From Scyliorhinus canicula (Eukaryota), in NCBI RefSeq assembly GCF_902713615.1, contig NC_052160.1:137558737-137622736 (forward strand): a stretch of DNA of 64,000 nt, given 5' to 3'. Within the stretch, counting starts at the first letter, position 1, and each line of letters begins with the position of its first letter. The notes beneath the pieces were generated by a model. That model saw only the letters and a program-made list of their open reading frames with translations. It was not told the origin of the DNA and searched no databases. The translations under genes and the position numbers were made by a program. Positions 58,699 through 64,000 of this stretch are shown piece after piece.

Positions 58699-58924
58699 AT
58701 AGGATCATCGAACCCCTACGTTGCAGAAGGAGGCTGTTCAGCCTATCGAGTTTTCCTCGACCCTCTGAAGGAGCACCATACCTATCCCCATAACCCAACC
58801 CAACATTTTGGACACTAATGGGCAAGTCACCATAGCCAATCCACCTAACCTGCAGTAGTGATTTTGGATCATGCTCTGCATATTGTGGATTTGCTGGAGG
58901 GGTGGACATCCACTTACCGATATG

Positions 58925-59144
58925 CCCAACCACTGGGAACACTGGATTTCCAAGGCAAGGTCTACCCAACCACTGGGAACACTGGATTTCCAAGGCAAGG
59001 TCTACCCAACCACTGGGAACACTGGATTTCCAAGGCAAGGTCTACCCAACCACTGGGAACACTGGATTTCCAAGGCAAGGTCTACCCAACCACTGGGAAC
59101 ACTGGATTTCCAAGGCAAGGTCTACCCACTCACTGGGGACACTG
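58925..59144 (+). repeat. 40-bp minisatellite, 5 identical copies plus a partial
   Basis: CCCAACCACTGGGAACACTGGATTTCCAAGGCAAGGTCTA at 58925, 58965, 59005, 59045, 59085; diverged partial at 59125. Confidence 0.97.
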
Positions 59145-59623
59145 CCTCTGCTGAGAGGATTGAATTGGCAGCGGATCTGTTCACAGACAGACATTTCTCA
59201 CGTGTGGTTCAGCCGCAAAGTAATTGGGTGAATTTTAACAGTTAAATAGACGCACGTTTGGATGCGTGCAAAGGGTTACATCAAGTCACAGAAAGTTGGG
59301 ATCCCGATAGCATCCAGTGCCCTTTCAGGATATCCGTGGGAAGGTTTGATGGGGGGCGGGGAACCCTCGTGCAGCTCGCTGTCAGATATGTCATTTACAT
59401 ATTCAGATAAGCAATTAAGTTCTATTTAAATTAAGGATTCTGACCTTAACAGACAGCGGACTTCTTTTCCAAGCTGCTTGGAACTTACTCGTGTCACTGA
59501 GGCGACTGCACAACATTTCTTCAATAAAACTGACAGGCTGGGAAGCCTTTGACAGTGAAAATGACGAGCTTCAGTTTCCCAGACATGGCCGATCACCCGG
59601 GTGGGTAACCTTGCCAATGGCCA

Positions 59624-59738
59624 CCCAGCTGGCTGTCCCCACACCCACCCTACACCTACCGCCCAGCTGGCTGTCCCCACACCCCACCCTCTAACCCGCC
59701 CAGCTGGCTGTCCCCACACCCCACCCTCTAACCCACCC
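59624..59738 (+). repeat. 37-38-bp C-rich tandem repeat, 3 copies
   Basis: CCCAGCTGGCTGTCCCCACACC(C)CACCCT units at 59624, 59662, 59699. Confidence 0.85.
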
Positions 59739-59821
59739 AGGTCTCTGCCTCTCCCTGACGTTCTGTCCTCCCTTCTCCACAAGGAGAGGTCGGGAGTTGT
59801 GGGTGTTGGAAATGGCTTGTG

Positions 59822-60019
59822 CAGGGCAGCCTCACGGCGCTGAGGTCCCAGATTCGATCCCGGCTCTGGGTCACTGTCCGTGTGGAGTTTGCACATTCTC
59901 CCCGTGTTTGCGTGGGTTTCGCCCCCACAACCCAAAGATGTGCAGGGTAGGTGGATTGACCACACTAAATTGCCCCTTAATTGGAAAAAATGAATTGGGT
60001 ACTCTAAATAAAAAAAGAA
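59822..60019 (+). mobile_element. 5'-truncated V-SINE, short-tail subfamily
   Basis: 13-bp TSD GAAATGGCTTGTG at 59809-59821 and 60020-60032. Confidence 0.9.
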
Positions 60020-60417
60020 GAAATGGCTTGTGTGAATAAGAGGGAAGGGTGTGAAGGGTGACTGCGTGCCATGGACTAACAAATGCATCCCAGTATTTTA
60101 CCTTTAAAAAGGAACGATCAGCTGAATTAAGTGACTCAAATGGTACGGGGTGGAAATTTCACATTTAAAAAATGTGGCGTAGTCAAGAGAATAATTGGGT
60201 TAAAGTCCTGGAACACCCTTCACCAACAGCACTGTGGGTGTACCTACACCTCAAGGACTCCAATGGTTCAAGAAGGCAGCTCACCCACCACCTTCTCAAG
60301 AACAGTTAGTGATGGATAATGAATGTTGGCTTCGCCCGCAAAACCCACATCCCAGAAATGAATATTGAAATAGATCGCCTTCATTAATAAAATGTTCAAC
60401 GGCTTCCTCTATTATAG

Positions 60418-60505
60418 AACTGCAATGGACTTCAACAATGGGCCCTAACCCCAGGATAACATCGGATACTGTGACACCTTCTTCTTCCATAAGTCCCATT
60501 CACAT
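60418..60505 (+). CDS. Gene 2 exon 3: S/T/P-rich stalk
   Basis: Acceptor GGCTTCCTCTATTATAG|, donor AT|GTAAGT; (E)LQWTSTMGPNPRITSDTVTPSSSISPIH; phase 1 to 2, same as the gene 1 stalk exon. Confidence 0.8.
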
Positions 60506-61449
60506 GTAAGTTGAAATCAATATATTTGTTTCTTTAGTAACCATATATAAGGAATGGCAGCCTACAGAACATTAGCCAAGATGACCCTATAGAGCTGACA
60601 GCAAGATTGTACTTCAGTATTCTTTGGGCAGTCGCAGTTCAAAGTACAGCCAACCCTATATCTACGGGTCAGGTGGCCTTTTTAGGCAAGTCAGATTTCA
60701 AGGACTATTATTTTTAACTTGTTCATGGGACGTGGGTGTCGCTGGCTGTGCCTGCATTTATTGCCCAGCCCTAATTGCTCTCCAGAGGCAGTTAAGAGTC
60801 AACCACATTGATGTGGGTCTGGAGTCACACATAGGCCAGACCGGGTAAGGTAGGCAGATTTCCTTCCCAAAAGGACATTTGTGAACCAGATGGGTTTTTA
60901 CGACAATTGACAAAAGTTTCATGGTCATTTTTAAACTTTTAATTCCCGATTTTTATTGAATTCAAATTTCACTATCTGCAGTGGCAGGAATTGAACCAGG
61001 GACCCCGAGAGTTCTCTGGGTCACCAGTCCAGTGACAATCCCACTATGCCACCGCCTTCCCATGTCCCCTATTTAGCAGTTAGATAAGTAAATGAAAACT
61101 GCAGCATTATATCATGGCAATTGTTCTGGTCAAGCCTGAGTATCGAAATGTATTTTATCACGTCAGACATTACAAAATCACAGAAACTTTGCAGTGCGAA
61201 AGGAGTCCATTTGGCCCATCGAGTCTCCACCAGCTCTCTGAAAAAAGCATGCTGCCAAGTCCTCTGCCTTATCCCAGTAACATTGCAGATTTTTTCTTTT
61301 CAAATAGCAATCCAATTCCCTTTCGAATACTTAGATCGAATCTAACTCCACCGCCATCAGAGGAAGTTCATTCCAGCCTCTGGATGAAACATTTCCTCAC
61401 ATCACTTTTACTCCTTTTGCCAAGAGATTCTCACTTGAGTGGAAACAGT

Positions 61450-62101
61450 GGGCGGGATTCTCTGATCCTGAGGCTAAGTGTTGACGCAGTCGTAAACGGT
61501 GTCGCGTTCCTCGACGCCGTCAACATGCCCTCAGGAGCAGCGATTATGACCCCTACAGGGGGCAAGCACGGCACTGGAATGACCCATACCGCTCCAGCTG
61601 CCGATACAGGTGTCAGATGGGCATCGCGGGTCTGCGCATGCGCAGTGCGAAAGGTGCCAATGCGCGCAAGCATGGTGGCTCCCTTCTCCACGCCGGCTCG
61701 ATGCAACATGGCGTAGGGCGACAAGGCCGGCAGGGAATGAAAGAGGCCCCCAGCCTGAGAGGCCGGCCCACCGATTGGTAGGCCCTGATCGCGGAGTCCC
61801 CCCCCTTCCCCCCAGGGTCGGACCCCACTTCCCTCCCCCACCAGGCTACCCACAGATGGATGGATGCCGAGGCCCCACCGGGTAAGGCCACACGTGGACG
61901 GTGCTGGAGGTACTCGGATTTTTTGTCCAGCCGCTCGGCCCATCCCGGGTGGAGAATCGCCGGGGGGGGCGCGTAGAGCTGCCCTGACAGGCGCCCCGAT
62001 TCTCCACTCTCCGGAGAGTCGGCAGACCGCCGTCTCGGCAGCGTCGCGCAATTCACGCCCGGCCAGACGATTCTCCGGCCTGGGCTGAGAAAATCCCGCC
62101 C
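61450..62101. mobile_element. Complete 652-bp CpG-rich Harbinger-type MITE inside a CR1 fragment
   Basis: TIR GGGCGGGATT(C/T)TC / GAAAATCCCGCCC, 3-bp TSD AGT at 61447-61449 and 62102-62104. Confidence 0.85.
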
Positions 62102-63259
62102 AGTATCTCATTAATTCCCCTGCCCATACCCCTCAGGGTCATGAACACCTCTATCAAGTCTCTTCTCAGCCTTATTTTCTCCAAGGAAAACAGTCCGAAC
62201 TTCTCCAATCCATCCTCATAGCTACAGATCTTAATCCCTGGAATCATTCTTGTGTATCCCCTCTGTACTGCCTCCCATGCCTTCAAAACGTCCTCATGTA
62301 TGACGGCGAGAACGGGACACAATCTCAACATGAGACCTAACCACCCAGAAGGTGAAAAATAGTAAAATCTCAGAAATAATAATACTGATCCACTTTGTTT
62401 TTCTCTATGCGTAGCGTCTTATACAAGTTCAACATGACGTCCTTACTCTTGTACACAATGCCCCGATAGGATTGCTTATTCTATCTTCTGATAAGACTCA
62501 AAAGTCCGGTTGATTGGAGGTGTCCAAAATACAACTTTTATTTGCTAATTATTCACCTTAATACACTTGCAAAAAAACTAAATCAAAATCGTTGATCAAA
62601 ATAATACAGAAACTTGTCAGAACATAGCGAAAAGCGTAAAACATAAAGCAGAAGAAAAGTTCAAATAAAATTACGTCAAAACAAATTAAGTCGATAGATC
62701 GTTCAAAAATTCATGAAAGCATAAATTTGGACCAACCCCTTAACCACGAGGTCTTTCTCTTAAGGAGATTTCTATCGATGGTCTAATCCCTCATTCACTC
62801 TCATTGGTTTCAAATACTCAGCTGAGACCTCCTGGTTTATTCAAATAGATGTTTGTCACTTAGAAGATGATTTATTAATCAAACATTGGTCATTACTTGA
62901 GATTTACTAATGTCCATCAAAATTAATTCAGTGTCTACATGCGCACCACTGTACGAGGATAAGATGCTCCCGTCATGGCGAGCTATTAACCTTGCTGTTG
63001 CTAATTATCTGATACATTTTCATTACTAAATGCACTAGAATACAATGGTCTATACATTATACAAAATATTTTATGAAACAATGTCTGAATTTATGCAGGC
63101 ATGGCACCAAAGTTCAAGAGTGTATTCATTATCTGAAACAGTGACTATCATTCTGCAGTTAGGGTGTCTTGAATAATTTTCTTCTCAAGCTATACACTCA
63201 ATCAATCCTTAAAGGCAGCAAATAAATAAATCAATCAATAATTTGTCAGTCTGTATTAA

Positions 63260-63975
63260 TAAAGCCTAAGATCCTATTAGCTTTATTAACATCTCCACAT
63301 GCCCTGCCAGCTTCATATGCATCTCCAGTGATATCCATCTGGGCACCTCCTTTGGAGCTTCTCCCATTGTTTTCTGCTGTCTCTCCATTTTCTTCCTGCC
63401 AAAATGAATCACCTCACACTTCTCTACATTGAACTTCATATGCCACTTGTATGTATAATCCGCCAGCATATCTGTCCCTTTAAAGTTCAAGACTATCCTC
63501 ATCACAGTTGACAAAGGTTCCACTCCACATATTATATTGCTTAACCACACTCAAGAAACGTGGCACCATCCAGGACAAGGCAGCCCACTTTATTGGCACC
63601 CATCCACAAACATTCAGCACTGGCGCAAAGAAGCGCCATGTGTACCATCTACAAGATGCAATGCAGGCACTCACCAAGGTTCCTTAGATCGCACCTTCCA
63701 AACCCACGACCACTACCATCTAGAAGGGCAAGAGCAGCAGATACCTGGGAACCCCACCACCTGGAGGTTCCCCTCCAAGTGATTCACCACCCTGACTTGG
63801 GAAGATATCGCCGTTCCTTCACTGTTGTTGAGTCAAAATCCTGGAACTCCCTTCCTAACAGCACAGTGGGTGTACTTACACCACAGCAGTTCAAGCAGGC
63901 TGCTCACCTCCATCTTCTCAAGAGAAATCAGGGATGGGCAATCAATTCTGATCTACCCAGTAATGTCCATGTCTC
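63260..63975. mobile_element. Two CR1-type fragments (minus about 63260-63530; plus 3' end about 63540-63975)
   Basis: Minus WHMKFNVEKCEVIHFG; plus CTGGAACTCCCTTCCTAACAGCACAGTGGGTG...GGGATGGGCAAT. Confidence 0.75.
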
Positions 63976-64000
63976 GTGAAGGAATAACTATAAAATTAAT

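Noticed and set aside
58925-59144. Short direct repeats suggestive of a CRISPR array (also 28990-29150)
   Set aside because: Units are contiguous with no unique spacers, there are no cas genes, and the context is eukaryotic.
314-60039. Dozens of 60-130 aa ORFs with recurring text such as GHCLCGVCTFSPCLRGFPPGAPVSSHSP or MDCGRKPEHPEETHADTG
   Set aside because: They are translations of SINE copies in various frames, not a repeated protein family.
59426-60088. 220-aa minus-strand ORF
   Set aside because: It is assembled from a SINE, a C-rich tandem repeat and flanks.
61431-62111. 226-aa and 200-aa ORFs over the GC-rich block
   Set aside because: They coincide with the TIR/TSD-bounded MITE, where high GC suppresses stop codons.
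62413-62436. Strong acceptor giving ASYTSST* after gene 2 exons
   Set aside because: It lies in an antisense CR1 fragment, and a better phase-matched stalk exon exists at 60418.

Overview
This is vertebrate genomic DNA, almost certainly from a cartilaginous fish (shark). The evidence is the density of HE1/V-SINE-type SINEs sharing 3' tails with CR1 (HER1-type) LINEs, plus Penelope, Harbinger-type, L1, Rex/Babar and LTR debris. The genic content is part of a tandem cluster of CD300/pIgR-like (CMRF35-like, skate MDIR-type) Ig V-set receptor genes on the + strand; I reconstructed the exons by hand from splice sites and reading phase. Gene 1 (8319 to at least 35711) is leader, V1, V2, short stalk, uncharged TM and Tyr-bearing cytoplasmic exons (YTMQ; ITIM-like SLYKDL); its terminal exon is unresolved. 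Gene 2 (56281 onward) is leader, single V and S/T/P stalk, with the TM beyond the window. Between them are an orphan leader exon (48265-48349) with ETS/GATA motifs and a possible LTR-truncated V-exon remnant. Upstream of gene 1, one old CR1 carries four nested insertions, including a CR1 with an intact 935-aa ORF2 and a 5'-inverted Penelope element with a minimal hammerhead ribozyme. Most short ORFs in the supplied track are repeat-derived noise. Repeat boundaries are approximate unless a TSD is quoted, and no database searches were run.
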